Part shown: positions 10,520 through 21,200 of the stretch, piece after piece
Layout: each line of letters opens with the position of its first letter
Numbering within the stretch: the stretch's first letter is position 1
Virus record (IMG/VR): IMGVR_UViG_3300026290_000011
Coordinates: 90 to 64,089 of that record
Strand: one strand, 5' to 3'
Origin: a virus
DNA: 64,000 bases
The notes under the pieces: generated by a model
Told to the model about the DNA's origin: nothing
Databases searched by the model: none
The model's input: only the letters and a program-made list of their open reading frames with translations
Position numbers and translations under genes: made by a program

Positions 10520-10855
10520 ATGTCAACTAAAACAGGAAAAAGAGCAAATTGGTCAGGGCTTTATGTATCTGATAGACCTCGTGATTTGTTAGGATTGACC
10601 GAAGCGCAAGAAGAAACGATAGATCAGTTTATTGGTTTCGTTGGTAAAAATCAAGACGGTGAAGTTAAAAATGCAAATCTATTAATTTTTACTGGTACAA
10701 GCGCACCAACAATAACTGATTATGCCAATACGCCGAAGGGTACGATTATTATAGCACCATTCTTAACACATTCGCTAATCTATGTGCATAAATCTCAATC
10801 TACACCCGCAGTGGTTGGTGATTGGGAAGTGTTCACAGCCGCAACGGTAACTTAA
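10520..10855 (+). CDS. Putative capsid decoration/minor head protein
   Basis: Follows MCP; AGGAG RBS; Thr/Ala-rich. Confidence 0.4.
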   Translation: MSTKTGKRANWSGLYVSDRPRDLLGLTEAQEETIDQFIGFVGKNQDGEVKNANLLIFTGTSAPTITDYANTPKGTIIIAPFLTHSLIYVHKSQSTPAVVGDWEVFTAATVT

Positions 10856-10932
10856 TTCTCAATTGATTAATTAAAACCGCCTCTTAGGTGAGGCGGTAAA
10901 CTTAAATAGTTAATTAACAATCGGAGAATTAA

Positions 10933-11382
10933 ATGCCAAAATTGGTAAGTAAAATAGATATTCAGTTGAATATACCTCCTAAGATGCGTGGTATTTTCCC
11001 AAATGAAGAAAGACTTATAATTGATTTAAGAGCAGGCGAACCAACTGAAGTTCCTAAATATGTTTTGGACTATTATACGAAAAATAGACCACATGTTTAC
11101 CGGGATGCTAAAAAGTCTGAACCGGAAACAGAACACGAAGAGAAAGCAACGCCTAAGCCAAAATTCGACCCATTAAAATTTCTTGAAACGTACTATAACC
11201 AAATAGAAGAAGGGATTCAAACGGTTAGCGATTGGAGGGACTTATTAAGTATTGCAAAAACACTTGGGCTAAAAGGTGCGCATAAACAAACCAAAGAAAG
11301 AGTTATTGAAAGAATAATCCATGATGTGGACGTAAAAAATGCTCAGCGAGAAAAACTTGATAAGCATGAGGACTCTAAATAA
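10933..11382 (+). CDS. Hypothetical head-completion region protein
   Basis: GGAG RBS; its TAA overlaps the next ATG. Confidence 0.55.
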   Translation: MPKLVSKIDIQLNIPPKMRGIFPNEERLIIDLRAGEPTEVPKYVLDYYTKNRPHVYRDAKKSEPETEHEEKATPKPKFDPLKFLETYYNQIEEGIQTVSDWRDLLSIAKTLGLKGAHKQTKERVIERIIHDVDVKNAQREKLDKHEDSK

Positions 11383-11996
11383 TGGATAACAGGAATAACT
11401 ATTTATACGGGAGAGTTAGGAATGAGTTAGACCTTAGAGATATTAGTTCAGAGCGAATACTCCCGGCGGATATTTATGATGCTTTATCTCAGGGGCAAAG
11501 ACAGATTTTTGCAAGGATAGGCGGGATAGAGAAACGATTTAAGATTAACCTTTCCGAAGGTAAATCTGAATACGGACTTGTGCCGGAATATAATCTGAGT
11601 TCAAGAATAATAGGGTTTATTACTCCCTCAACTTGGACATATAAATTAAACTATGTTGAAGAAGGTAAGTGGAGCGAAGTTGTAAAAGAAAGTATAAGTG
11701 TAAGCCAACCTATTTATGTAACGCTGTTTGAGAACAAACTAATATTTTACCCATCCCCTACGATTACAGGCGAACAAATAACAGTTCTTGCAAAAATAAA
11801 ATCACCATCAGAAAATATAAGTAATACGGAAGAGCCAATTCTTGATGAAGAATGGGACGATGCTTTAGAATATTACGCTTTATACAAGTTACTTAAAGAG
11901 GAAAGTTTTTTCGGAAAGTTTGAACATCAATTAAAAGAAATTAAGAACTCAACATCAAACAAAGGTTATCCCTTACAAAGATCGAGCGTGTGGTAA
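11382..11996 (+). CDS. Head-tail adaptor/ring protein 1
   Basis: N-terminal helix pair, LIFYPSP, and C-terminal P.LDEEWDDALEYYALY typical of podovirus adaptors. Confidence 0.65.
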   Translation: MDNRNNYLYGRVRNELDLRDISSERILPADIYDALSQGQRQIFARIGGIEKRFKINLSEGKSEYGLVPEYNLSSRIIGFITPSTWTYKLNYVEEGKWSEVVKESISVSQPIYVTLFENKLIFYPSPTITGEQITVLAKIKSPSENISNTEEPILDEEWDDALEYYALYKLLKEESFFGKFEHQLKEIKNSTSNKGYPLQRSSVW

Positions 11997-12631
11997 TGGC
12001 AACACCTAAAATAAATATTATCAGTTTGAGTTTTGCACGTCAGATAAACGACAGTAAAACAAGTGCCAATGCTGAGTTCACCGCAGGGACTGAGAACGGG
12101 AAAGTATTGAGTGCTTTGCAGAGAATGGAATTTATCAATAAGGCAATGTTTGAGTTGATAAACATTTATTGGAAAGAATCGGGGATGGATGTGAAATTAT
12201 TAGCAAGGATGTTCCCGGAATTAGTAGCTCTTAGAACAGGTACTACAAGTTCGGTAGGTGTATATACTATAGCAAATCCTAATCTTGATTTTTTCCAATT
12301 GATAGAAGTTGTAGCTGATGGTAAATATGCAGGTGTAGCTCCTAAACATTTATACCATGCTTCCGTATCTGGTGCAGAGCAATTCAGAGCAACGGCAGAT
12401 AATCCAAAAGCATTTGAATTTGGAGGCGCAATTTATCTTTTACCGGCTGCAAGTTTTAACACAAAGGGTTTGAGTTTCACAATGATAAAACAACCGTTAA
12501 ACCCTACTACAGGAGCTTGGTTAACTCAAGGCGGGGACTATGATTCGCCTTTTTACGATACGTGGAATCAAGACATAGTACAAATAGCAAAGAAAATCTT
12601 TTTTGAAGAAACAGGACAGTTGGAGGGTTAG
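11990..12631 (+). CDS. Head-tail adaptor/ring protein 2
   Basis: Same architecture (EFINKA...IYLLP...DSPFYDTWNQDIVQIA). Confidence 0.5.
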   Translation: MVMATPKINIISLSFARQINDSKTSANAEFTAGTENGKVLSALQRMEFINKAMFELINIYWKESGMDVKLLARMFPELVALRTGTTSSVGVYTIANPNLDFFQLIEVVADGKYAGVAPKHLYHASVSGAEQFRATADNPKAFEFGGAIYLLPAASFNTKGLSFTMIKQPLNPTTGAWLTQGGDYDSPFYDTWNQDIVQIAKKIFFEETGQLEG

Positions 12632-12633
12632 AA

Positions 12634-13266
12634 ATGAATAGTGTTGATTATACCTTGAATGATGCGATAAGTTTTTTGAGGATTTCCGTAGGACAAATAA
12701 GCCCGGAAAAAATAGTAGATCAACAGATAATAGACGCAATACATTTAGGTACGTGTGAAGTTGCTCAATTATTATCTGAGGTTAAATTAAACGATTATGG
12801 GACGAGTGCTACATTAACGGTTGCTAACGATGCAGCGAGTATTTCAAGTTTGGCAGTACAGAATATCATTAAGATAGTTGACTCTACAAACGGGCTTTGT
12901 ATTCCTAAGAATCAAAAGCAATTTGATGAGATAAGATTATCACCTCAAAATTTAGCTAATGTGTTCTGGGTAAGAAACGGAAATACGATAAATTTTTACA
13001 AAGGTAGTTTAGGAAGTTACGGCACAGTTACTATTTGGTATAATGCTGTACCTTCTAAAGTTACTTCAGGCTCCTCAAACCTAACCATTAAAGACACCTA
13101 TGCAGGAATAGTTTTAAGGAAAGCAAGGATTCATTTATTCCAACAGTTAAATATTGTGCCTCCGAAATCTTGGGAGCAGAGTGTGAACAATACTATTACC
13201 AGAGTGCGTAAACAATATATGGACACGTTGGAAAGTAAGAAAAGTAGTGCAACGAGGAGGAAATAA
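12634..13266 (+). CDS. Head-tail adaptor/ring protein 3
   Basis: Aligns by eye with 13266-14012 (YTLNDAISFLR/YTVSRAIGYMR; EVAQLL..DYG/EVALLI..DYG). Confidence 0.55.
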   Translation: MNSVDYTLNDAISFLRISVGQISPEKIVDQQIIDAIHLGTCEVAQLLSEVKLNDYGTSATLTVANDAASISSLAVQNIIKIVDSTNGLCIPKNQKQFDEIRLSPQNLANVFWVRNGNTINFYKGSLGSYGTVTIWYNAVPSKVTSGSSNLTIKDTYAGIVLRKARIHLFQQLNIVPPKSWEQSVNNTITRVRKQYMDTLESKKSSATRRK

Positions 13267-14012
13267 TGCCATCGATAACAAATTTAAGTTCTTACACGGT
13301 AAGCCGTGCAATAGGTTATATGAGAGGGATGCTCGATGAAGTAGCTCCGGGTAAATTAGACCAACTTCCTCTTGCAATGTACTTAAACCTTGCTCAAATG
13401 GAAGTAGCTCTATTAATCAACAGTAACAGATTACCGGATTATGGAGAAACCCTAACAATTAAAAATAGTGCTTCGGGTGCAGGTGAGGTTGAATTATCTG
13501 TTAGCGGTACAGATCCGACTTACGGATATGCAAATATAACCGTAGACGCTTCGACGGCTAAAATAAGAATAGACAATGTTGAAAGAGTTACCTACATCCC
13601 GGCAGAAGGCAGTCCGATAGCATGTAAAGAAGTTAGCCCGGTAGACTTTGAAGGATTAACAGGAAATACGTTAAAGGCAGGCGGAGTTTACTATTATTAT
13701 TTCGGTGGAGTTGTTTATGTGAAGAATTTAGTCTCAGGTATTACTCAAGAATCTCATTGGGGTTCGTTAAAAGTTTACTACAACAGATACCCGGCTAAAT
13801 TAAGTGCGGATAATGCGGATAGACTTGGCGATACTTTAGATGTAAGAGACGGCTATGTAAGAGCAGTTTTAGATAAAGCGATACTATTCGCTTTAGAAGA
13901 ACTCCAGGTGCAAATGCCTGAAGAAGCAAGTGAGAGCGTTAATTCACTTATTGAACAAATATCACAAGCGCAGACAGCAGAGACAAGTTTTATAAACACA
14001 GTAATGAGTTAA
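13266..14012 (+). CDS. Head-tail adaptor/ring protein 4
   Basis: Paralogue of the preceding gene. Confidence 0.55.
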   Translation: MPSITNLSSYTVSRAIGYMRGMLDEVAPGKLDQLPLAMYLNLAQMEVALLINSNRLPDYGETLTIKNSASGAGEVELSVSGTDPTYGYANITVDASTAKIRIDNVERVTYIPAEGSPIACKEVSPVDFEGLTGNTLKAGGVYYYYFGGVVYVKNLVSGITQESHWGSLKVYYNRYPAKLSADNADRLGDTLDVRDGYVRAVLDKAILFALEELQVQMPEEASESVNSLIEQISQAQTAETSFINTVMS

Positions 14013-14013
14013 A

Positions 14014-16488
14014 ATGCAATGGTTAAGACGGTTAATCAGATTAATAAAAAGATTCTTCTTAGGTAAAATGGAAATAGAATTCAAAAATTATACAGGTTTC
14101 CAAGAAAGTGTAACGCCGGATAAAAACGGATGTACAAAATTATATACCTATAATGTTGACCCAAGAGGTAGTAGAAAGGGTTCGCTTATTTTATCCCCAA
14201 AGATTGAGACTCATTTATCGAGACCGACTTCAGATACTCTTACCGACACTACCGACTTAGGTTTTTTCAATATGTATGTAACTCAATTTGGTGAATCTAA
14301 GAACGTAACATTTTTAATTCAGAAAGGGACTGTAAATAGAATAACGGGTTCAGGTGCAAGTATAACTACAAAAGATACAATAGCCGTATGGATGTACCCT
14401 TATTATGTAGCTGGTAGCGGATGGGTTAATGCTTGGCATTGGCTCAATAAGATGGAGATTACAAAAATAACAAGTGTAGGCGGATCGCTTAACCAGTTAT
14501 GTGAAATTACAATTTTCGGAGATAGTCTTACTGTCCCTAACGGTTCAACTGTTTATAATGTAACAAAAGACGAATATGCAACGGTACTTGATAACGCATC
14601 GATGGAATCTTTCACTATTTCAAGAACTATTAAAGAAACAGGGAATTGGGCTGAGAACGATACTGTAATATTCCAAGATCAGTTTACCCCTTTTGACAGA
14701 ATGGAAGCAAACGCAGACGCAAGTTTTAATGATGTTTCTTTTCATAGTGTAGCAAATGATATTCGTGTAGGATTCGGAGGATATTTAAATAGACTTGGAA
14801 TTGGTGTAGGACATAGATATAAATTTTTTAACATACACGCAATTACAGGCACGAGCAGTTCTACATTATTAAATAATGCAAGGAACATAGATAGATTTTT
14901 AGTAAATGCCTTTAATAATTCCGTAGCGGAAGACACGTTTAATCTTAGTGCTTCGTTATTAGATTCTTCTTATGGCAATACTCCTTTCCCATCAGACGCA
15001 AGGACTTTATATCTAAAGGTTACGGCAGTCTTAGACAATTATCAAGAGTTTGAAATCCCGGCAAGTACTAACTTCCCGGTAGGAGATGAAAACCCTTATT
15101 ATTTCTTGTATAATAATCCTAAAGCTGTCTACGCTTTGAATGTTTCTTTTAATATGCACTTCGCAACCTTAAATAAAAGGATTACCCATGTAAGATTTTA
15201 TATAGCAACAGGCGAAACTATGTATATGCCTCTTGAGGATGAAGGTAGCCAATATGTATCTAAGAGAAAAGAAGGTTATGTATTAGTAAGAGAAGTTGAA
15301 GTCGCTAATTCAGAAAGCGCAAAGGGTATTTTCACATTAAACGGATTAAGCAGGTTAGCTTTACCTCCTTTTAATATAACCTATAATATGTATACGGGTA
15401 ATCAAGGAAGATTACAAGATAATACAGGTTACATCCCGACAACGGATTATTTACAATCTTGGGACAAAGCAGTCCAATCGGGGAGTGAAGTTTTTTACAT
15501 AGGCGGGTTTTTAGGGGAAAGATATACTAATAAAGTTTTTGTATCTCATCAGAGTGAGGACGCACCAACGCCGGATATAGCAACAGGTACAAAGTTTGCG
15601 GATGCTGAGAGGAGAGACGGCGACGATATAATTACTGCCGAGATTTTACAGACAGGGCATATCGCTTTATTAAAGCAAAATTCGATTCAAGTATTAGACA
15701 GAAACACGTTACAAATTTCCGATATTATGCCAGGAACGGGGTGTGTTGCTAAGAACGGAGTAATAAATTTTGGTGATAGGATAGTCTTCCCTTCGAAACA
15801 CGGGATTTATACTTTTGACGGAATCCGGTTAGTAGATATTTCGGATGGATATTTTAGCGGAACATATAGCGAAGGTTCAACTTACCATAGCACGATAACA
15901 GCAGTAAAAGACCCTTTACAAAATTCATTTATAATGAATTGGAGTGGAGGTAATAAATTTTTATTTGTTCCGGGTAAAGGATGGTTTCAGTTTGCCGATT
16001 CTAATAATGTAAAACAGTACAGACTTAATAATGACGATAATCTTATTTACGGATTAACCGATAACGGAATAATAAAAATAACCAATACGAGAGAAGCGGG
16101 ATCAACGCTAAGCCCTTATTTAAGTTGGAACAGCGTTGAAATAAGCAATGCTACAACTGAAGAATTGAAAGATGTTGACAGATTTTTAATAACATATTTT
16201 TGGATGCAGTACAGCAGTCCAAAGCCCATATCGTTAATAATTTATCTTGACGATATATCGACTAATCCAATCACATTAACATTCCCGGCAACCACAGCAA
16301 TTATTTCGGGAGAGGCAGAAATAGGACGACAAGTGGAGGTTCATAGAATCCCGGTTAAAGCTGGTTCAACGTGCAGAAAATTTACTCACAGGATTACGTT
16401 AGGTCTTACAAGCGGTGATAAATACTTTGAACTATTATCTCACGGCGTAGGACTTGAGCCAAGAAAAGTTGGGATATGGGGTAGATGA
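14014..16488 (+). CDS. Tail nozzle / tubular protein B-like
   Basis: 824 aa beta-rich. C-terminal GTGCVAKNGVINFGDRIVFPSKHGIYTFDG is typical of P22 gp10-like beta-propeller nozzles; follows the adaptors. Confidence 0.65.
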   Translation: MQWLRRLIRLIKRFFLGKMEIEFKNYTGFQESVTPDKNGCTKLYTYNVDPRGSRKGSLILSPKIETHLSRPTSDTLTDTTDLGFFNMYVTQFGESKNVTFLIQKGTVNRITGSGASITTKDTIAVWMYPYYVAGSGWVNAWHWLNKMEITKITSVGGSLNQLCEITIFGDSLTVPNGSTVYNVTKDEYATVLDNASMESFTISRTIKETGNWAENDTVIFQDQFTPFDRMEANADASFNDVSFHSVANDIRVGFGGYLNRLGIGVGHRYKFFNIHAITGTSSSTLLNNARNIDRFLVNAFNNSVAEDTFNLSASLLDSSYGNTPFPSDARTLYLKVTAVLDNYQEFEIPASTNFPVGDENPYYFLYNNPKAVYALNVSFNMHFATLNKRITHVRFYIATGETMYMPLEDEGSQYVSKRKEGYVLVREVEVANSESAKGIFTLNGLSRLALPPFNITYNMYTGNQGRLQDNTGYIPTTDYLQSWDKAVQSGSEVFYIGGFLGERYTNKVFVSHQSEDAPTPDIATGTKFADAERRDGDDIITAEILQTGHIALLKQNSIQVLDRNTLQISDIMPGTGCVAKNGVINFGDRIVFPSKHGIYTFDGIRLVDISDGYFSGTYSEGSTYHSTITAVKDPLQNSFIMNWSGGNKFLFVPGKGWFQFADSNNVKQYRLNNDDNLIYGLTDNGIIKITNTREAGSTLSPYLSWNSVEISNATTEELKDVDRFLITYFWMQYSSPKPISLIIYLDDISTNPITLTFPATTAIISGEAEIGRQVEVHRIPVKAGSTCRKFTHRITLGLTSGDKYFELLSHGVGLEPRKVGIWGR

Positions 16489-17105
16489 TGAGTTTTTCGA
16501 GGGCGCATAAATTTTCCGAATATGATGAATTGGATATTAAAAAACTTGAAGCTGAGTTTGAGGGAATAGCAAGATTCTTAAACGTAAGCGTGATACCAAA
16601 TTTAGAAAAAGTAGTTAAGCAAGAGAAAATTCAAACGGGTACAACAGGCGAACCAAGTAACCCGGACTCTGAAGGACAACACGGTGGGATTGACAAATTA
16701 GTCAGGTATAGAAGTGCAATGCTAAGTAGTGTTGCTCAAGTAGCTCAAGAAAACTTATACCCGATTATAGGAATGAAAAAAACTTTAACGAAAGACGATA
16801 TAGGTGCAAATGTTTTAGTAGGGTCTGTACCTCAAGGATATACGATTAAAAGATTTTACTGGGATATAAAGGAAGGTTTTGAGGACAATAAAATAAAAAT
16901 AAATGATGGTGAAAAAGATATAGTAGCAAACGGAGAAGACGGAAGTTTTCAAATGGTTGATTTATCGATAGAAAATCTTGGGGATGCACCGATGAATTAC
17001 GAGTATTTAAGTCCGGCAGTTCTTACGGCAACCATAGAAGGAGCAGAGAGCGAAACGGGAGAGGTTGAATTGATTTTTGATTTACAAAAGATTCAGAAGT
17101 TATAA
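16485..17105 (+). CDS. Tail-associated protein
   Basis: Coupled to the nozzle gene; structural block. Confidence 0.45.
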   Translation: MMSFSRAHKFSEYDELDIKKLEAEFEGIARFLNVSVIPNLEKVVKQEKIQTGTTGEPSNPDSEGQHGGIDKLVRYRSAMLSSVAQVAQENLYPIIGMKKTLTKDDIGANVLVGSVPQGYTIKRFYWDIKEGFEDNKIKINDGEKDIVANGEDGSFQMVDLSIENLGDAPMNYEYLSPAVLTATIEGAESETGEVELIFDLQKIQKL

Positions 17106-17116
17106 GGAGATGTGAA

Positions 17117-17476
17117 ATGTTATTAACACCATATATGGATGACGATGGAAACCTTGTTGTAACACAGGGAGAGACTTTTGTCTATGCTTTGAATAATATA
17201 AAAGAAGACAATAATCTGATAGATTTTACTCAAGGTTGGTCTGTGGAAATGCAGGCAAGGACTGATGGGGAGACTTTGTTACTTGATTTGAGTTCTACAG
17301 GCGGGGAAATCATACTTGGAAACGGAACAATAACCATATCGGAATCAGCAAGTGCTATGAGTTCTTTGCCTGTAGGCACTCATAGGTACGACATAAAACT
17401 AACAGACCCAGACGGGAATGTTACACATTGGTTTAGGCGGAAAAGGTTTAAGGTGTTGAGGAGAGTTACGCAGTGA
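17117..17476 (+). CDS. BppU-N-like tail adaptor domain protein
   Basis: TQGETF...DFTQGWSVEMQAR...GTITI...YDIKLTDPDG pattern. Confidence 0.55.
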   Translation: MLLTPYMDDDGNLVVTQGETFVYALNNIKEDNNLIDFTQGWSVEMQARTDGETLLLDLSSTGGEIILGNGTITISESASAMSSLPVGTHRYDIKLTDPDGNVTHWFRRKRFKVLRRVTQ

Positions 17477-17961
17477 TTACGTTCACCGTAGAAAATAGGA
17501 TATTGAGTGTTACGCCTGAGAATATTGCCGGGGAGGTAAATGTATTTACAACCGATTCGCCTGAAATAAGCTTGCAAACAATAACAAAGGAAATAACATT
17601 TGATGTTATGGCAGGCGGGACAATAATAAATAATATTGTTGGCGGTGCAACATTAGAACTTCCTTTCACTTTTGAAGATTGGTCTTTGGGGTCTAAGAAG
17701 ATAGGTAAGGCATTGGGAGGTCTAAGGGTTGAGAAGACATCGACTGAAGTAACAGAATTATTCAACGGTGGAACGATAGTAATAGGTGATGCAGACGCAC
17801 ACGGTAGACTTGCAGCAGCAGCAGATATAAAATTAAACCAAGTGAAAAGGTTTCACACAGAACCAGATCATAAGTACGAAACAGACACAGACATATACGT
17901 TTATTTCGAGACCGGGACTCCGACACAGGGCGAGGGTACGGTTATAATTTATTTGCGGTAA
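17473..17961 (+). CDS. Tail-associated protein
   Basis: GTGA overlap; C-terminal beta-sandwich similar to the end of 16485-17105. Confidence 0.45.
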   Translation: MITFTVENRILSVTPENIAGEVNVFTTDSPEISLQTITKEITFDVMAGGTIINNIVGGATLELPFTFEDWSLGSKKIGKALGGLRVEKTSTEVTELFNGGTIVIGDADAHGRLAAAADIKLNQVKRFHTEPDHKYETDTDIYVYFETGTPTQGEGTVIIYLR

Positions 17962-17974
17962 TAGGAGATAGGAT

Positions 17975-18793
17975 ATGAGCTTACCAATAATTAAAAAATT
18001 AGACGGAACTTCTGAATCAAAGTTCTTAGTAGGTAGTGTAAACATTAAAGACAGTACTGGGGTTGCCGAAGTCAGAAATGCAGGTGATACCGATTACGGG
18101 GTGTTGCGTGCTAAGTCTATTCAGGCATCAAACGAATTAAATGATGTAGCTACTCTTATAGATGTTATGGATAAGGTAATTCAATTTAGCTTTGATGGAG
18201 CAAGTGCGCCAGCAGCAGGCACTAACACAAATAAGTATGGATTCTGCCATACCACGGGTGGAAGTTATACGGCTAATGATGTTGTCTATGACGATGGCGA
18301 TTCATTAATTAAACTACCACGAGACGTTGTAAAATTAATAGTTACGACCTCGGCAGTAAGTGGAACAGTTTCCTTAGACCCCAACGGTATCTATGGATGG
18401 AACGGATCGGCTTACGAACTTAAAGGCGATGGCGGAGCGACAAATACTGGAAAGATTCTTAATATCAAAGTAGCGTGGGATTTTGAAGATTCAACTGTTG
18501 ATAGTACTACCTCTATTCCCTCCGGTGCAGATGTAATAAAGACTGTGTTATATGTAACGACCGCTTTAAATGGTACAGCTCCAAAAGTGAATGTGAAAGT
18601 CAATGGTTCGACACCTTTAACTATTCTCGCCGATGATGACTTTAACGTTGGTGAAGCTAAACAATACACATCGGAAGAAGAGTTCGCAGTAAGCGGTGAT
18701 AATGCAGGGGTCGTAAGAGTAACAGTAACGCCAAGCACTTCAGATGCGGGTGCAGGCTATGTAAGAGTCTTTTATACAACAGCACATTCTTAA
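17975..18793 (+). CDS. Tail fibre-like structural protein
   Basis: Gly/Thr/Ser-rich; in tail block. Confidence 0.5.
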   Translation: MSLPIIKKLDGTSESKFLVGSVNIKDSTGVAEVRNAGDTDYGVLRAKSIQASNELNDVATLIDVMDKVIQFSFDGASAPAAGTNTNKYGFCHTTGGSYTANDVVYDDGDSLIKLPRDVVKLIVTTSAVSGTVSLDPNGIYGWNGSAYELKGDGGATNTGKILNIKVAWDFEDSTVDSTTSIPSGADVIKTVLYVTTALNGTAPKVNVKVNGSTPLTILADDDFNVGEAKQYTSEEEFAVSGDNAGVVRVTVTPSTSDAGAGYVRVFYTTAHS

Positions 18794-18804
18794 AGGATAG
18801 ATAA

Positions 18805-19629
18805 ATGGCTAAAGATGTTGTAAGTAAACAATTAGCAACTGAGAATATACCTCTTAGTTATTTAGACACGGACGAAGACTTAACAGCCGATTCCGACTTG
18901 AAAATACCGTCGCAAAAAGCAATTAAAGCTTATGTTGATGCTACGGCAGGCGGTGGAGAAGGATTTAATCCCCAGACAACTGTTGAAATAATGGAAGACT
19001 TTGTTGGAGGCAGTAACACTGCGAAGAATATAGGGTCTTTGGGTTGGAACATTACTATTGGTGGTGGAGGCGGGATTGCCAACGGTTTAGTATCTGGTGA
19101 AATGGAAAATAATGTTCTTGGTACGATACAAATTGATTCTGGAGCAGAAAACAATGGAACAGCGATTACTCTGGAAAACGCTGTAAATCAGTGCCCTATT
19201 TATTATGCTCAAGGTAATATGACAACTATAATAAGAGTCAGGAATATTCAGGCAGCCGATGCTAACACTACATTAAGAATAGGTCTCGTTACTTATGCCC
19301 GCACAAATAATGACGGTGTTCAGCATGGAATGTATTTTAAAGCTACTGGGACAGGGAATTGGTATGCAGTAACGGCAAATGCCGGCATATTAACAACGAC
19401 AGATACGGGAATAGCTCAATCGACATCTTATAAACAGTTTAAAATAGTTACCAACTCAAATTGTTCATCAATCGCATTTTATATTGATGGCGTTCTTAAA
19501 GCAACACATACAACTAATCTTCCGACAAAATCTCTATCTGGTTATTTACAGATTGATAATGCAGCAACAACGAGTATGAAAATGAATGTTGATTATTTTT
19601 ATTTGAAAGTAACCGGATTAACGAGGTAG
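18805..19629 (+). CDS. Tail fibre/spike with lectin-like C-terminal domain
   Basis: SDLKIPSQKAIKAYVD fibre motif; C-terminal IAFYIDGVLKATHTTNLP (ConA/LamG-like). Confidence 0.6.
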   Translation: MAKDVVSKQLATENIPLSYLDTDEDLTADSDLKIPSQKAIKAYVDATAGGGEGFNPQTTVEIMEDFVGGSNTAKNIGSLGWNITIGGGGGIANGLVSGEMENNVLGTIQIDSGAENNGTAITLENAVNQCPIYYAQGNMTTIIRVRNIQAADANTTLRIGLVTYARTNNDGVQHGMYFKATGTGNWYAVTANAGILTTTDTGIAQSTSYKQFKIVTNSNCSSIAFYIDGVLKATHTTNLPTKSLSGYLQIDNAATTSMKMNVDYFYLKVTGLTR

Positions 19630-19631
19630 CC

Positions 19632-20369
19632 ATGAGCCAACTAATTGAAAGTAAATTAAATCAAATAAAATTACTTGAAGAGCAGATGTATACAGATATT
19701 CGCTCCAACATTGAAGTGGTAGTTGAAGGTAATACAACAACCGAGATCATAGCGGATTGGAAGCGGAGTGAAATTGAAGATACATACTTGCCACAAATAG
19801 AATTGCTTAAGCAAGAGATTGTTGAGATAGAAGCTAACCCGCCTCACCCGCTTGAAACTTTTAGCAATGTTAACTTGCTTAATGAATTGCAGTCTGAAGA
19901 AATCTTAAGCAAAGTTAACGAAGAAGATTTAGAGGGCGAACAATTAGATACTTATAAAAAGGTCTATAATCGTAAGCTAAAATTTGAAGTGAGAAAAGAA
20001 TTTGTAAAAGAGGTTGGAGATTTACCAGACCAGTTAGCAGATGTTGATAAGCAAGTGCAAATGATTACTCCTATTGCGGTCAGGGTATTTATGTTCAATT
20101 TAGCTTTATTAAACAAATTGCATGAATTAGAGTTGATAGACAAAAATGCTTTCCTTTTAGATTTGGAAAACGATGGGATTATTGACGAAGAACTTATAGG
20201 TAAATATGAAACGTTTGGTTCTAATTATCTGGGGGCAATTGAAGCGGGTATATATGAAGATAGAGTAGATGTTGAACCAGACGAAGAAGTGTTGGTCAAT
20301 GATGTAATGCTTAAGAATATAAAGAAAGGTAATCTTGCAAAAACTTACATAGAAAATAAAAAGGTTTAA
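19632..20369 (+). CDS. Hypothetical protein (possible fibre chaperone)
   Basis: Acidic, helical; follows the fibre gene. Confidence 0.45.
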   Translation: MSQLIESKLNQIKLLEEQMYTDIRSNIEVVVEGNTTTEIIADWKRSEIEDTYLPQIELLKQEIVEIEANPPHPLETFSNVNLLNELQSEEILSKVNEEDLEGEQLDTYKKVYNRKLKFEVRKEFVKEVGDLPDQLADVDKQVQMITPIAVRVFMFNLALLNKLHELELIDKNAFLLDLENDGIIDEELIGKYETFGSNYLGAIEAGIYEDRVDVEPDEEVLVNDVMLKNIKKGNLAKTYIENKKV

Positions 20370-20371
20370 TA

Positions 20372-20968
20372 ATGTACAAAGCGAACTCGATAGTATTAAG
20401 TAATAATAAAAATAATGGTCTGTTTTCTGTTTCACGTTGGATAAGGTTCTTCACAGGCAAAGCATATGACGGAGTTGAACTAACTCATTCCATGTTTACT
20501 ATGGGGATTGATTTTAATTCCAGAGAGGAACAGGTTTTTTCAGCCGAACCCACGATGTCAATTTTACCTTTCAGCCATTTTAAGAATAACCCTAATATAG
20601 ATTATATGATTTACGAGTGGGTGGGAGTCCCGGAAGACTTTCTTAGTGAAATAGCTTACCACTTATATGATAAGTACGTTGTAGAGAGATACGCTAAGTG
20701 GCAATTGTTAGGACACATCTATCGTTGGTTTATGGAAAAGGTTTTTAGACAAAAGAACATGATTGAGAGACCTAATTTTTTCCCAAATGGGAATGTATGT
20801 AGTGAATTATGTATGCGGTCAATAAATATGATATTGGAAGTTTTTTTTGAAGGGATATTTAACAAAGTGAAAAAGTGGAATGTTAATTCCGTGAATCCCT
20901 TAGACATATATAAATTAATTCAAAAACACCCGGAAAATTTTAGATTGGTAGAAAAGCGGGGATTTTAG
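20372..20968 (+). CDS. Permuted papain-like (YiiX/NlpC-P60) amidase/peptidase
   Basis: His (LTHS) N-terminal to Cys (VCSEL), the permuted order. Confidence 0.7.
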   Translation: MYKANSIVLSNNKNNGLFSVSRWIRFFTGKAYDGVELTHSMFTMGIDFNSREEQVFSAEPTMSILPFSHFKNNPNIDYMIYEWVGVPEDFLSEIAYHLYDKYVVERYAKWQLLGHIYRWFMEKVFRQKNMIERPNFFPNGNVCSELCMRSINMILEVFFEGIFNKVKKWNVNSVNPLDIYKLIQKHPENFRLVEKRGF

Positions 20969-20976
20969 TACGGAGA

Positions 20977-21192
20977 TTGGCTATGGAGAAGATTAAATCA
21001 CTATTCCCTTTATGGTTGTTAAATCTTGGTGTAATTACAGCGACAAGTATTGGTGAAACTTTGAACTTTATCGAACAGGTATTAAAGATCGGGTTACTGG
21101 TATTAACAATTTATTTCACTTACAGAATAGGCAAGAAAAAATTAACAGAAAGAAAAGGGAAAGATGCAGATACAGATATTAAACCATTATAG
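20977..21192 (+). CDS. Putative holin/membrane protein
   Basis: Two hydrophobic segments and a basic C-terminus; lysis block. Confidence 0.5.
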   Translation: MAMEKIKSLFPLWLLNLGVITATSIGETLNFIEQVLKIGLLVLTIYFTYRIGKKKLTERKGKDADTDIKPL

Positions 21193-21200
21193 GAGGAAAA

